64,000 bases of DNA. Source: Selaginella moellendorffii (lineage: Eukaryota > Plantae > Lycopodiophyta). The stretch covers positions 887,374 to 951,373 of the forward strand of contig NW_003314282.1 of the NCBI RefSeq assembly GCF_000143415.4, read 5' to 3'. Each line of letters begins with the position of its first letter. Positions within the stretch are counted from its first letter, which is position 1. Under the pieces are notes generated by a model, which was not told the origin of the DNA, searched no databases, and was given only the letters and a program-made list of their open reading frames with translations. Position numbers and translations under genes: made by a program. Of this stretch, positions 1 through 12,290 are shown piece after piece.

Positions 1-170
1 TCGCGCTCGCACACTCGCGCTCGCGCTCGCATCACACTCGCGCTCCCGCTCGCATCGCGCTCCCACTCGCGATCACGCTCACTTCTCTACAGGTTTCTCG
101 TGTGCATCGGCGTCCACTCGCGCTTGCATCACACTCGCGCTCGCATCGCGCTCGTGTGCATCGGCGTCCA
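1..170. repeat. Low-complexity TCGCGC/TCGCAC tandem repeat
   Basis: Repeated tcgcgctcgc/acactcgcgc units and a duplicated ctcgtgtgcatcggcgtccact; runs off the window edge. Confidence 0.8.
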
Positions 171-1291
171 CTTCAAGACACACCCAGTTTGTAACTTCGC
201 CACCAACTCCGCCGCCCACTCCGCCACCCACACGCAGCCCACTTGGCGTCCCGGGAGATTTCAACACCACTCTCCAACTGTAAGTGGCAGAGTAGCCTTG
301 CTGCTACGATCCGCTGCACACACAGTGCACATTCGCCAGCGAGTCCGGCCTCGATTGTCACGGCCTCCATTCGGCTTCAAATGGTAAGTCTTTTAGACCA
401 AGTAGAAAATGGCATGAGGCCACATGCCATTCAGTAGCAACATTGGCATGCACCGATTGGGCTCTCGAGTGCAGTCCGGTTACAGATGGCGTGTAGCCTC
501 ACGCCATCTTAGGATGCAGCCTCAAGACATCTGATGCAGTGGTGAATGGCGTGTGGCCTCACGTTATTTCCAGCTGCTAGCTTTTCATCTGTCAGCTCTA
601 ATTGTTGTGCATTTCTAAACAGGCGAGGAATTGCGTTCTTCTTCCAGCCACTGTCAATGTGGATGCAGAGAAGGGGGAGGAGCTCACCAGTTGGACTTTC
701 GGGATGGAAGGCGAGGATCTGATGCTGTACAACACAGATGGTGGGAGAAAAGAATGCATGGGGATCCTCATCCAAGTGACAGACACTCCATGCAGTTCCA
801 TGCAAGAATATGGACTGGCACTTGTGGTAGAGACAGCGTCCGCCTTCAAGATCCACCTTGCACATCCTAGCGGCTTCCCGGAGGGGGGCAGCGGCTATGA
901 GGAATTCCTAGAGGGAGCTAGGGAGAGGTTGTCCAGGAGGCCCACAATTTCAAAGACGCTGCGGGTCTATGAAGATCACATGGAATCCACGGACCTCACC
1001 TACGGCGATGTTCAAAAACTATATTCCAACATTGAGCCGTTGAGAGTGCCTCCAGTTTGTGAAGCGAAGGGGAAGGGGGTCGATCTAGAAAATACCCCGA
1101 AGCAGAAAAGGGTGGTCAAGCTCAAGCCGATGTCCGACTCTGCTGCTCCAAAAAAGAAGCTACTCGGTGATGCCATTGCCTCGGGTTCGAACACTACACC
1201 CACCAAAAAGAAGAGCCGCAAAGAGCAGAAAGAGCAAGAAGAGGCAGCAAAAATCGTCGCAAATAATAGTACTTGTTACTATTCCAACAAA

Positions 1292-1680
1292 GTATATACA
1301 ATTGACGTGAGCCGTATCGAGATCCAAAGCAAATACAACCACAGGCTAGTATCTGATGAGTGGGTGGAGAAACTGGAGCAGAAGATGCTGGCAAGTCCAG
1401 TAACACCCGACATCGCAGACGTGATCCCCTACTACCGAACAATGAAGGGCGAGACGAGGTTTCCAGACTTGATCAATAGGAAGGTGTTGGACGATCAGAA
1501 CATCCGGTTCTATGCCGTCTCCGGGCAGCATTCTAGCTTGGCGATGCAACAGATAGTTGTGGATATTATGGTGGGCGAGGAGGTGAAGAAAGTCTTCAAG
1601 ACAAGAGTTGTCCGCCTGATAAAAGGCAACTCGCCCCTCCGATCTATCATATACATCTCCCACGCGCAGAATGTCAAGCA
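1292..1680 (+). other. ParB/sulfiredoxin-like N-terminal domain coding segment
   Basis: IDVSRI..NHRLVSDEWVEKLEQKM..FYAVSGQHSSLAMQQI..RVVRLI..IIYISHAQN follows the ParB pattern (i.i..I, R..v..L...i, y.iidGxHR..A, vpv.v, al.EN). Confidence 0.65.
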
Positions 1681-4600
1681 AGAAACGTGCTACAAATCGG
1701 GTCTGCACGAGACATTGGCACGAACACGGAAGCTCTGGGTTCAACTGAAGAAGCCACAAAAACCAGGACAAGGACGTGCACTAGCAACTAGCGCCTGGCA
1801 GGTAAGCCTCGTTGCATGTGGCATAGCATGTGGCCTCACGCCATTTCCATTGCAGGAATTCTCGAGTCTTCTCTCGAAAACACTGGGGGTCAATGACACA
1901 CTCAGCATCCATAACATTCTACTCGCGACAAAAGTTGTTTTTGACAAATGGGTAGATGTGCTGAGGAGGTACCATGACGGGGAGTTGCTAAACTCAATGG
2001 GTGTGGAGGACGGCCGGAAGCCCAATGATTTGAAGCTCAACGCCTTGCGTTTCTCGCGGTCTCTAGACGACGACGACCTTCTGACAGTGGCTAATGCTCT
2101 TTTACGTGGTGAGGTAGTCTTCAACAAGACCAAAATGACTCCCGGCCATATTGTGACATACAAGGACTTGTGCACGACTCTGAGAGCTCGTGCGCTATTG
2201 AAGGATTGGATCTTCGAGCAAGTGGCCGTGGCGAGGGTGAGCATCGACACCACGCAAGAGATGATGGAAGAGCTGGACTTGTCAAATGAAGACATCGACG
2301 AGTACGTGAAGGGGGCCCCCAAGTTCATCGATCTGCTGCGGGATGCCACGAAAAGTAAAGCTGAGAAGTTGGATCAGTATCCAAATGTCATTAAGAGGGA
2401 TGTCGACCGCCGGCTTCAGAAACAGCTCGACCCCGCAGCAGAGGCCTATCGAGAACCTTACCGGGTATACGTAAATTCGGATGAGGATCAAAGGTGGAGG
2501 AGCATCGTTTCCCGCGGAGATGAGCAGGTCAAGAACATCTTTTGTGTGATGGACTTCACAAACGAGGAGATCACTCATGCAGACGAAGTCAGCTCCATCA
2601 TTGACTTAATGGTGGGACTTGCGGAGGTGGAATCTTCAGTCCACTATATGATCTACGACTCCGAATCCTATCACAAGTTCTGGAAGGCCTTGAACGAGGT
2701 GAAGGCTCGGTTGAAAGGCAAGGAGATGCGGGAGATCCATGGGATAATGGCTAAGAAGAAGATACCGACGAATGTCCGCATCTTCACAGTCGCCCTTGTT
2801 ATTGGTCCTGCAGCAGAGTGGGACTGGAGTGACTTCCCAGCTTCGTTCAACAAAGCCGATCGAATTGATCTGAGGGAGGTCAATTTACCCGTGCCTGAGG
2901 AACTGAAGACGGCTATGGAGCTTTCGAATCCAAAGAAAGCTCCAGGTGCAGCATGGGAAATGCTCAGCTGGGTCTTCAACGCAATAGCGGGTGACTCCAA
3001 GGGCAAATGCGTTGTCGAGTACAACTGCGGCGGACTATTCTTTCGAGCCGCACTACTCAAGGGTGTCCCGTGTGTTGCGGTGACAAACTCCATTGAAGAG
3101 GTGACTTCAATGGAGCATATAATTACAGTTGCCAAAGAAAAACAGTATCTTCTCTACGAACCTGGTGAGTACGCACTTTAAGTTTAAATGTTATCTCACA
3201 AGCTCTGTATGCAGGAGCGTGGCCACCCCCAGATGCTGAAACGGCGTTAACAGCTATTGATGTTAGGCCAAGGTCACAACCTGCACAAGATAAGGTCACG
3301 TGAGGCCTCACGCCATTTTGATCATAGATCGTTGTGAATATTCAGACACGAGGACTGAAAAGCGCACTGGTGGCGCGTCGAAGAAGGACAAACAGACAAG
3401 AAATAGGAAAAAAGGAGGTACAAATTATATTTGCAATGGCGTGTGGTCTCATGCCATTCCTTGGAGGAGACACTTCTTCAAAGGCAAAACAGGCAAGCAT
3501 CAGCCAAGCTCAAACTGACAGTGGTCATAAAAAGCGAAAGCACGTTGGACAGTCGTCGGGATCAGAGGCGTTTGATTCGAAAAGGAAGAAGGGCAACGAA
3601 AAGATGATAGATAATGCCTCGCGGTTATAGCGTGTGTGCTCATGCCATTCATTGCAGATCAAGGGCTGAGTGAAAGGAGCCAGTCACCACCTCCTGACTC
3701 AGATTCTTATGGCGGACTCCCCTTCCCCAATCTCAATGGAGAGGTACAATGGATGAGGGATGCTTTTCAAGTCAGGGCCACGTTTTTCTCATCTCGTCAT
3801 CTTCGAAGGGTGCAAGAACGTGCAGAAACCATGTTAAGACAGTCGGGTGAGGATACGGTCCTAGGTCACGCACTAAAACAGGCTATGGATGTCTTGTATT
3901 TTGAGATGGAGACTCGGCCAGATGATTTTCCCAAGATGGTCCTGGAAAAACAAGCCATCCAGCCTGAGCAGCCTATGGAAGAAATGCAAGAGGGGGATGA
4001 GGAGCCAGAGAAAGATAATGAGCAGGAAGAGCAGAAGGACGAAGAGGAGGACAAAGAAGAGGAGGACGAAGAAGAGGAGGATGAAGAAGAGGAGGACGAA
4101 GAGGACTTGGATGGTCCTCACAATGGTGACGATCACAATAACGACGATGACGATGATGACGACGATGGCCAGCCTGAGGTGGCCAAAGAGCAGCGGAGGA
4201 AGGTCATACAAGACAAACCATCAGGTAAATAATAGTACATCCATTCCTAACCTTTTACCATTTCTAACATTGTCCATGTAGGTCGCAGAAGAAATGGTAA
4301 GTAGAGATTATTCAGTTGAATTAAGATACAAACTCTAGCCTTTAGTGTCGAGGAAGGATAGTGCCAAGCAAGGGTCGAAACGTATGTCCAATCCTTCAGA
4401 ATCAACAGTGCGCCCAAGTGATATCGGGCCTAGTTCCTCAATAGCAGTTGATGGTAAATACAGTATAGTCGATTCAATGTGCTAATGAGTTTGTTTTTAG
4501 TAGCACGGGAGGATACCATCTCAATCGAAGGGAGATATTTGGACATGCATATGGATCCGCCAGTGGACTCTACTTGCCTGCAAGAGTCATCAGAGCTGGT

Positions 4601-5123
4601 GGAGGCTACTATCCATATCAACGCCAAGCAAGCTGACCACGCTCCACTTGATGCTGCCCATACCACTGAGTCAATCTTGTCCATGTATCCAACTGACGGT
4701 GACCAGGCGCCATTGGACCCGCATGAGGCCGCCCCAGCCGCCGAGCCGGTCGTATCCTCATTTCCAACGTGTGCCCAATCGTCTGACTACGCGCCGTTGG
4801 AACCTCCCTACACCGCCCCTACTGCCTGTTTGGTCATGTCCACTTTGCCAACGGAGGCACCAGCTGAAATGGCGTGTGATCACACGCCATCGAAACCACC
4901 CCATGCCACTGTTGAGCCAGTTGTACCAGAGTCTACAGCTGAAATGGCATGTGCCCACACGCCATCGGATGCGATTGACCCCACATTGTAGAGGAGAGTA
5001 TTTCCACCCTTCACGTTTCCTCGACCAAAACCCTCTGAACGACCATCGGGAGCACCATTCGCTAATATTATAGATGGTAAAATTGACTTGTACCATTTTT
5101 TATGCTGACGCATTTCATTTCAG

Positions 5124-5986
5124 AGTCACGGCGAAAGTACTGTATCGTTTTTGATCTGAACGGTGTCCTTTTCTCCCATGAGCGTGGCTCGTCCTCGAAT
5201 GTCACTGCACCCTCCAAAGCCTGCGGTCGCAAGTTGGTCAAAAGAGACAGATTCACATTAATCACACGGGAGAAACTGCGGGATCTAATAATGACCATGC
5301 GACACTTAAAACAGAGGGCCGGGTTCAATTTGCAATTGGGAGTTTGGACATCCATGATGCGCCACAATGCATTAACGTTGCTACAGATGATGCACGATCA
5401 GACGCGAGTAATATTACCATTTGACTTTCTCCTAACGCAGGAGGATTGCTTGACTATGGTCCATGTGAGGGGTAGCAAGCCCATCTTCGTCAAGGCAGAG
5501 GCTGTAGTGATGAACCGGACTGCTAGGTCAAGTGAAATCCTCATCATCGATGACTCGCCGATTAAAACTGCAGCGAACACGCACACATATGCAGTGCACC
5601 CCATCTCTTGCAATATGGAAACTAGGGAGAAGAAACCGTATGTTCTGGGGGACCTTGCAAAACGGCTTGAAGCGATGGTGATAGAGAACCGGCCAGTCCA
5701 GGAGGTGGCTGCAGAAATCAACCAAATGGCAGATGGAACGGTATATCAGAAGCCATTTGATCGAACAGACACCAGTCATCATTTATGGCATGTATATTGT
5801 CTAGCCAAGCACTATCCGCATCTCCATAATCTGCTCAACCGGATGGGTTCTTCGACCACTAAACATGAGCGTGGACGTATTAGAGAAGAGATGGCATTAC
5901 TATTGGGTTTAAATCCTGATAGTGTGGAGAGTGATGAAATTCCAAGATTATTGTATAGGCGTTGGAGGCAAAAAATAACAGTCTGA
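5124..5986 (+). CDS. FCP1/NIF-like HAD-superfamily phosphatase domain (terminal exon)
   Basis: YCIVFDLNGVL (motif I, DxN variant), GVWTSMM (motif II), IFVK (motif III), ILIIDDSPIK (motif IV). Confidence 0.8.
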
Positions 5987-7121
5987 GATGGCATGTATTT
6001 ATTTAAAAATGTAACTTATTATGGCATGGGGTTCCATGCCATTGTATTAATATTAAAAGACAATTCTTTGAGAGGATTTGCATTATACTAGAAGTGTTAC
6101 AGCATGTTATTGGAAGTCTGCGAAGTTGTTTTATTAATAAGGGGAAAGTAAAGATTGAATGGGGACTTGGGCTCCACCTAGACTCAGAGCAACTGAGCCA
6201 ATATTAAAAGGATGGAAAGAAATTGGACGACGATGACAAGGAGAAGAGAGAGGTGAAACAGTGGCAGGGGGAGGAGAAGTGATTGAGTAGACATTTCCTT
6301 GTTTAAAATAAAATAGCATGTGCCTCAATGCAATTGAATTTTGTTATATTTATATACTATATAAAGGTTTGGAAACCTTATTTTACAAGTGGGATAATGA
6401 CAATTCCCACTTTAACGAAATAGAGCTTCTAAGCAAAAGATGCAAAATAATTCGTAAACTGGTAGAAGGCAACTACCTAAGACTTCTTATTGGGATAAGG
6501 AAGTTTGATATACCCTTATAAGGGATAAATTACTTATGTTGCGATATAGTAAGTCAATGTCAAAAAAGGAATGTTCATTGTCAGAGAGACCATCATTGGG
6601 ACACCCAAACACTCTAAAACACCAAAAGGGGGTATTTGGTGTCATGAGGGCAATGGATAATGCCTAAGGGAAAAAGTCCCTAGCGAATGAAGGATAGGAG
6701 GTGTTATCCAAATGTCCAAAGTTGTGGAGACGGGAGAAGTGCGTCTACCCAAATTGGACAAAGCCAAAGAGGGATTTTGGCAAGGTTAGTGATGGCCATA
6801 TAAAGACCCATAAGTAGCAACGGTGATCTCAGTGTGTGGGATTACAAGGTGAGCAAACCCAGATTGAGGAACCACTCCCTAGGCTGTCGGGTAGGTGCAT
6901 CCCTATGAATACTTGCCAAGGCATGGTAGAAAGTGCAAAGCTATCTTCCTAGTCTGGAGGAAAATAACCGAAGGAAATATATAAGGCCAAAAGGCAAGTA
7001 ATATAGGAATAGAACCGAACCATGGGAATTGACACGCATGACCAAGGGTGGTTATGCAAGTTAGGAGTGGAGAATTAAGTGGGTGCTCAAGCATGTCGTT
7101 ACTAACGACTAGAATGCCATG

Positions 7122-7481
7122 TGTCAAGACCCCTGACAAGATCAAGACTGGAAAATGCAAAAAGACAAAGAGAAAAGCTAGTGGAAACAAGAAGAGGCCT
7201 TAGACTGGCGTTGATTCAGATTGTGGAGAAATGGAACAAGGCTAACCTATATATACTATAGGTTGATGAAGCTCCACCACTCTTGGATCGAGGACGGCCT
7301 AAATATAGCTGAGGTCGAGGAGGCACCACATCATCATCAGGAATGTGGCTCGAGACTCAGGAATCGGGAAGTGTCTCGAGAGTCAGGAATAGGGAAGTGT
7401 CTTGAGAGTCAGGAATGTGGTCTGCAGGTCAGGAATCTGGCGAGAGTCAGGAATGTGGCAAGAATTGGGGGATTCCTGACA
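7122..7481 (-). repeat. 3' LTR (360 bp)
   Basis: Matches 12291-12676 apart from about a dozen transitions and one fewer 26-bp internal repeat unit. Confidence 0.95.
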
Positions 7482-10400
7482 GCACCCCCTCCTCAAGAAC
7501 GAGTGGAACGAGGATGTGAACGAGAACGAAGAGGAGGATGAGATGAGCGGCGAGGGATGGGAGATGGAAAAAAAGAATGAGGACTGGGACGAGAAGGATA
7601 GCAGCGGTGGAAGTCCTGAACAAGGTCAGAAGAATGAATCAGGTTGTCTGCAGGTTCCCAAGTGCGTTCCTCAGGTCCGTAACCTTTCCAGTCCACCAGA
7701 TAGTAGAGTTTAGACTGTGAAATCTTGGAATCAAGGATGTCCTGAACCTCGTACTCAGACCCATCCTCGAGCTGCACTGGTGGAGGCGGAGGAATGACCC
7801 GATTTGGAATAGGACTGGGAATATAAGGCTCAAGGAGAGAGGAGTGAAAAACGGGGTGAATTTGATATGAGGAGGGAAGTGCAAGGCGATAAGTCACAGG
7901 ATTAATGATGGCAGTGATAGGGAAAGGACCAAGGCGTTTGAAATTGAGTTTTGGACAGGGCCTGGTGGTGGAGATATTTCGCCTGAGGAGCCAGACTTTA
8001 TCCCCGATATTGTAAGGGGGACAATCCTGACGATGGACATTGGCAAATGTTTTATGAGATTCCTGAGCACGATGGAGGTGGAAGGAGATGGAGTTGTGGA
8101 TTTCCTGGAGGTTGGAGATAAATGTCTTAGAGCAGGGATTTGAACGAGAGGATTCAGATGGAGAAGGAAGTGAGAGATTGAATCGGGGATTTCGGCCAGA
8201 GTTCACAAAGAAGGGGGAAACTCGAAGAGAGGAGTGAACAGAGTTGTTATAGGAGAACTCAGCAAGGGGAAGGATATCAAACCAGTTATCCTGATGATAG
8301 TTGATGAAGCACCTCAAGAATTGTTCCAACGTCTGAATCATTCACTCTGACTGCCCATCAGTTTGAGGATGATATGCCGAAGAGAGGTTGGCCTTCACTC
8401 CAAGCAGCTGCAAAAACCATTGCCAGAAATGAGAGATGAACTGAGGCCCCCGATCCGAAACCACATCTGTAGGAATCCCATGAAGTCGGAAAATTTCCCT
8501 GAATACCAGTTTTGCCATGTCCTCGCCCGAAAACTCCTTGGTACATGGCAAGAAGTGCGCCATCTTTGTGAAGCGATCCACCACGACTAAAATGCTGTTG
8601 AAGCCTCAAGAACTCGGAAGATCACTCAAGAAATCCATGGAGATGGATTCCCAAGGACCTGAAGGGACCGGAAGGGAATGAAGCAAACCTGAAGGAAGGT
8701 GGCGAGGTACCTTATTCCGGGCACAAGTGTCACAGGAGGTAACAACAGCTTTGATGTAGTCGTCCATGTGAGGCCACCAAAAGTCCCATGCAACTAGCTC
8801 ATAGGTTTTCGCAATGCCAAAGTGACCAGCAGTCGGGCTATCGTGGCGCGCCATCAGGACCAACCTTCGAGCATCACCTTCAGGAACGTAAAGCTGCTCC
8901 CCACGGTACAATAAGCTATCTAAGAACTCAAACTCGTCAAATCGCCGGCAGTCGGGAGTCATTGGGTGTCCAGCCTGAAGATGGGGGAAGATGTCGCTAG
9001 CGAGATCATCAGATTGAAGATCGTTTCTGATTGCATCCATCAAGGAGGAGTCCTGAGGGGCCAGGGAAATTGCCATAACTTGAAGCCGATCAAGACCGAG
9101 GATAACTTGATCCTGTTGATCGAAGGCAGGATTACCAGGCCTGAGACTGAGATAGGAGCGCCTTGAAAGAGCATCAGGAAGGCCTTGAAACTTTCCAGGT
9201 CTGTACTTGATAACAAAGTCAAACCGACTCAGGAATTGTGCCCACCTTGTTTGACGACGGCTTAAAACTCGGGAAGTGGCAAAGTACTCGAGATTTTTGT
9301 GATCCGTCCAGACTGTTGTTTGATGGCTCGCCCCCTCCAAGAAACGGCGCCTCTCCAAAGGAATCCACGATGGCAAGGAGCTCCTTGTCATGGATTTCGT
9401 AATTGATCTCCGCAGGCTGGAATTTCCGAGAATGGAAAGCGACCGGATGAAGTTCGTGATCCGCTCCGAGTTGAGACAGCACAGCACCAATGGCAAAGTC
9501 GGAGGCGTCAGCCTTGATGAAGAAAGGTTGTGAGGAATCAGCATGGATCAAGACAGGAGCAGAACTGAAAGCCGCCTTGAGTGTGTCAAAGGCCTGCTGG
9601 GCAACAGCAGACCAAGAGAAGGGAACATCCTTGCGAGTGAGATGTGTGAGAGTAAGAACAATGTCAGAGTAGTGATCAATGAATTTGCGGTAGAAGTTGG
9701 CGAAGCCAAGGAAAACCTGAACGTCCGACATTAATTGTGGAGGCTCCCATTCGAGAATAGTCTTGACTTTGGCATGATCCATCGTGATACCCTCAGGAGT
9801 GACAAAGTACCCAAGGAACTCCATAGACTGCTGATCAAAGGAACATTTCTCAAGCTTCGCATATAGGCCGTGTTCTCGCAGCTTCGCTAGCACCTTGCGT
9901 ACATGTTCGTCATGCTCCTCCTGAGTTTTTGAGTAGATGAGGATGTCATCGAGGTAGACGATCACCATCTGATCAAGAAACTCCCGAAAGACGTTCTTCG
10001 CCATGTGTTGGAAAACTGCTGGAGCATTTGTCAAGCCAAATGGCATGACAGTGTACTCGAAGTGGCCATAGCGGGTTCGGAACGCAATCTTCCATTCATC
10101 ACCAGGCCGGATCCGGATCAGGTTGTATGCTCCACGGAGGTCGATCTTGGTGAAGAAGCAGGCACCGCCAAGGCGTTCCAACAGGTCCAAGATCAGGGGC
10201 AGCGGATAACAGTTCCAAATAGTCACCTTGTTCAAACCTCGGTAGTCGATGACTAGCCGCAAGCTCCCATCCTTCTTCTTGACAAAGAAGACAGGTGCTC
10301 CAGCCGGGGACTGCAAATGCTGAATGTAGCCCGAGGCAAGGTTCTCATCCACGTACTCTTTGAGGGCCTTAAGCTCGGACGGGGATAACCCATAGATAGG

Positions 10401-12290
10401 CCCCCATGGAGGTGACGCTCCTTTCTGTAAATCAATGGGACAATTATAAGGCCGATGAATAGGCAGTACACTAGCTTTTTTCTTGTCAAACACATCCCCA
10501 AAATCATGATACTTCTCAGGAAGACTGACAAAAGAAACATGCAAAGCAAAAAGAAAAAGAGGTTCTTCATGAAGGAGTTCTTTCATAGTGATTGTGGAGA
10601 TAGGAGGAGGCGTACGACTAAATGGAATGATGAGACGAGGATACGGTCCAGTGTAAGATGGAAGAGAGGAAAAAGAAGAGGGTGAAAACTTTATAGAGTC
10701 AAGAACAGAACCCCGATTTGAGTTTAGGGAACTTCTCCTGATTCGGACTCGATGAACAGCAGGGGAAGCCGTGGGAGAGATGAGCTGTAATTCCTTCCAA
10801 CAGATCTGAGGCTAATGTAGTTGGAACCAAGGAAGACCGAGCACCACAGAGGAGGACTTGCTGTTGATGATGTTAAAGGTGATATCGGTGACGGTGGACC
10901 CGATGTGTACTCGAACGAGCAACGTTTCCCTAAGTCCAGAAGATGGAGACACAAAATGCCCGCCGATGCCTTCAACCCTCAAATCCCGTATGGTAGGAGA
11001 AAGAGGAACGTGATGTCGGGCAGCAAAGTCCGTGTCCATGAAGCAGGAAGTTGCACCCGAGTCCAGTAACGCCAGAGCCTTGAGTCCTAATTGTCCGGTG
11101 AAAGAAAGGAGACATGGGACGTGGAAGTTGCGGGAATTGGTGGTGGCTTTGATGAAAGGTGGTGAGGAGCTTGATAAAGAAGAAAAGTGATTTTTATTCG
11201 GGGAGTCCAAACAGACAGCTCCTACTCTGTTTGGACAGGGTCATTTCCTGACTGCAATAGAGGTGGACTTTGAGGCAGAGTGAACTCGAGCAGTCGAGGA
11301 GGCTTCTTGGGACATACAACTGCTTTGTGATTAGGATCAGCACAATAGAGGCAAAGATTATGAGATATTCGACGTTGCTTCTCAGCAGGACTCAACTTCC
11401 CTCTAATGAGTCGGGGAGTACCAGAAATATCTATCGGAACCGGAGCAGTAGGTTCAGGAGTATGCCCCGAAGACTCAAGCTGGGATTCCTGAGTCTGGGA
11501 CGGAAAAACAGCGGCGCGGCAACTTTCCTGACGACGTTCAAAGAGACGATTGTCACATCGAACAGCTTTGTTGATGGCATCCAACAGGTCCTTGGGATCC
11601 TCCATGGTGAGCAACAAATCCTTGACACCGTTGTTGAGGCCGAAACGAAATTGGTCAATCAGGGCCCGCTCATCCCACTTAGTGTCCAAAGCAAGGAGTT
11701 GGAACTCTGCAGCATAGCATCGAGGCAAGACGAGACCCCTGAGAGAGACGTCTCATCTTTGTGGTAGCAGCCCGCACCCGATCCGTCTCGCCAAAACATG
11801 CTTCGAGCTTCTCTTTGAACAATTGAAGATCCATCAGCTCTGGAACCACGACCCCTTTCATGCTCTTCTCCAGAAGAGGAGAAAACCATGACAAAGCTGC
11901 ACCTTTGAGCAACGTCCCAATCGCGCCGATTTGAGACTCAGGAGTAGGGTACCGCTGATGTTGAAGTGCGAAGATCAACTCCATCTGGTTCAGGAATCCG
12001 CGAAGCTCCGAACGCTTGCCTGAAAATTTCGCCGGGAAGCTCACCTTCGGTTCAGGAACTTTGCTGGATCCTTGAGCCGAAAGTGAAGCAAGCTCCTGCT
12101 GCATGCAAAGAAGGGTCGCCTTCAGCTCGGTATTCTCATACTGGATTTTTGCAAGGATTTCAGCAAAGAAATTAGGATGGCTTGGAGACTCCATTGGCAA
12201 AAAGAAAGAAAAAAGGGGGAAAAAAAGGCAAAGGTAATCAAACAATCAAAACGAAAATCAAAAAACGAAAAAACACAATCTGAATCAAAC

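Larger units (their letters stand above)
623..5986 (+). pseudogene. Multi-exon gene, probably disabled and element-like, encoding ParB-like domain + degenerate amino-MTase-like fold + acidic/Pro-rich linker + FCP1-like HAD domain; 5' end not resolved
   Basis: Inferred exons 623-1801, 1856-3164, 3215-~3290, 3346-3417, 3467-~3610, 3658-4224, 4282-4296, 4346-4453, 4501-5076, 5124-5986. The GT-AG introns at 4225, 4297, 4454 and 5077 all join in frame (phase 1), with one in-frame TAG at 4989-4991. Donors near 3290 and 3610 are ambiguous. Confidence 0.6.
409..6042. repeat. Dispersed 22-bp palindrome ATGGCRTG-N6-CAYGCCAT, ten copies
   Basis: Copies at 409, 486, 546, 1823, 3295, 3436, 3627, 4869 (perfect palindrome), 4944 and 6021; a weak extra copy at 6313. 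Confidence 0.9.

Noticed and set aside
409-6042. CRISPR-like or attC-like array interpretation of the palindromes
   Set aside because: Spacing is irregular (60 to ~1450 bp), copies sit in spliceosomal introns and exons, and no cas or integron-integrase gene is present
6021-6090. Helitron 3' end (hairpin + CTAG)
   Set aside because: CTAG is about 45 nt from the hairpin, well beyond the usual short distance, and no Rep/helicase is seen
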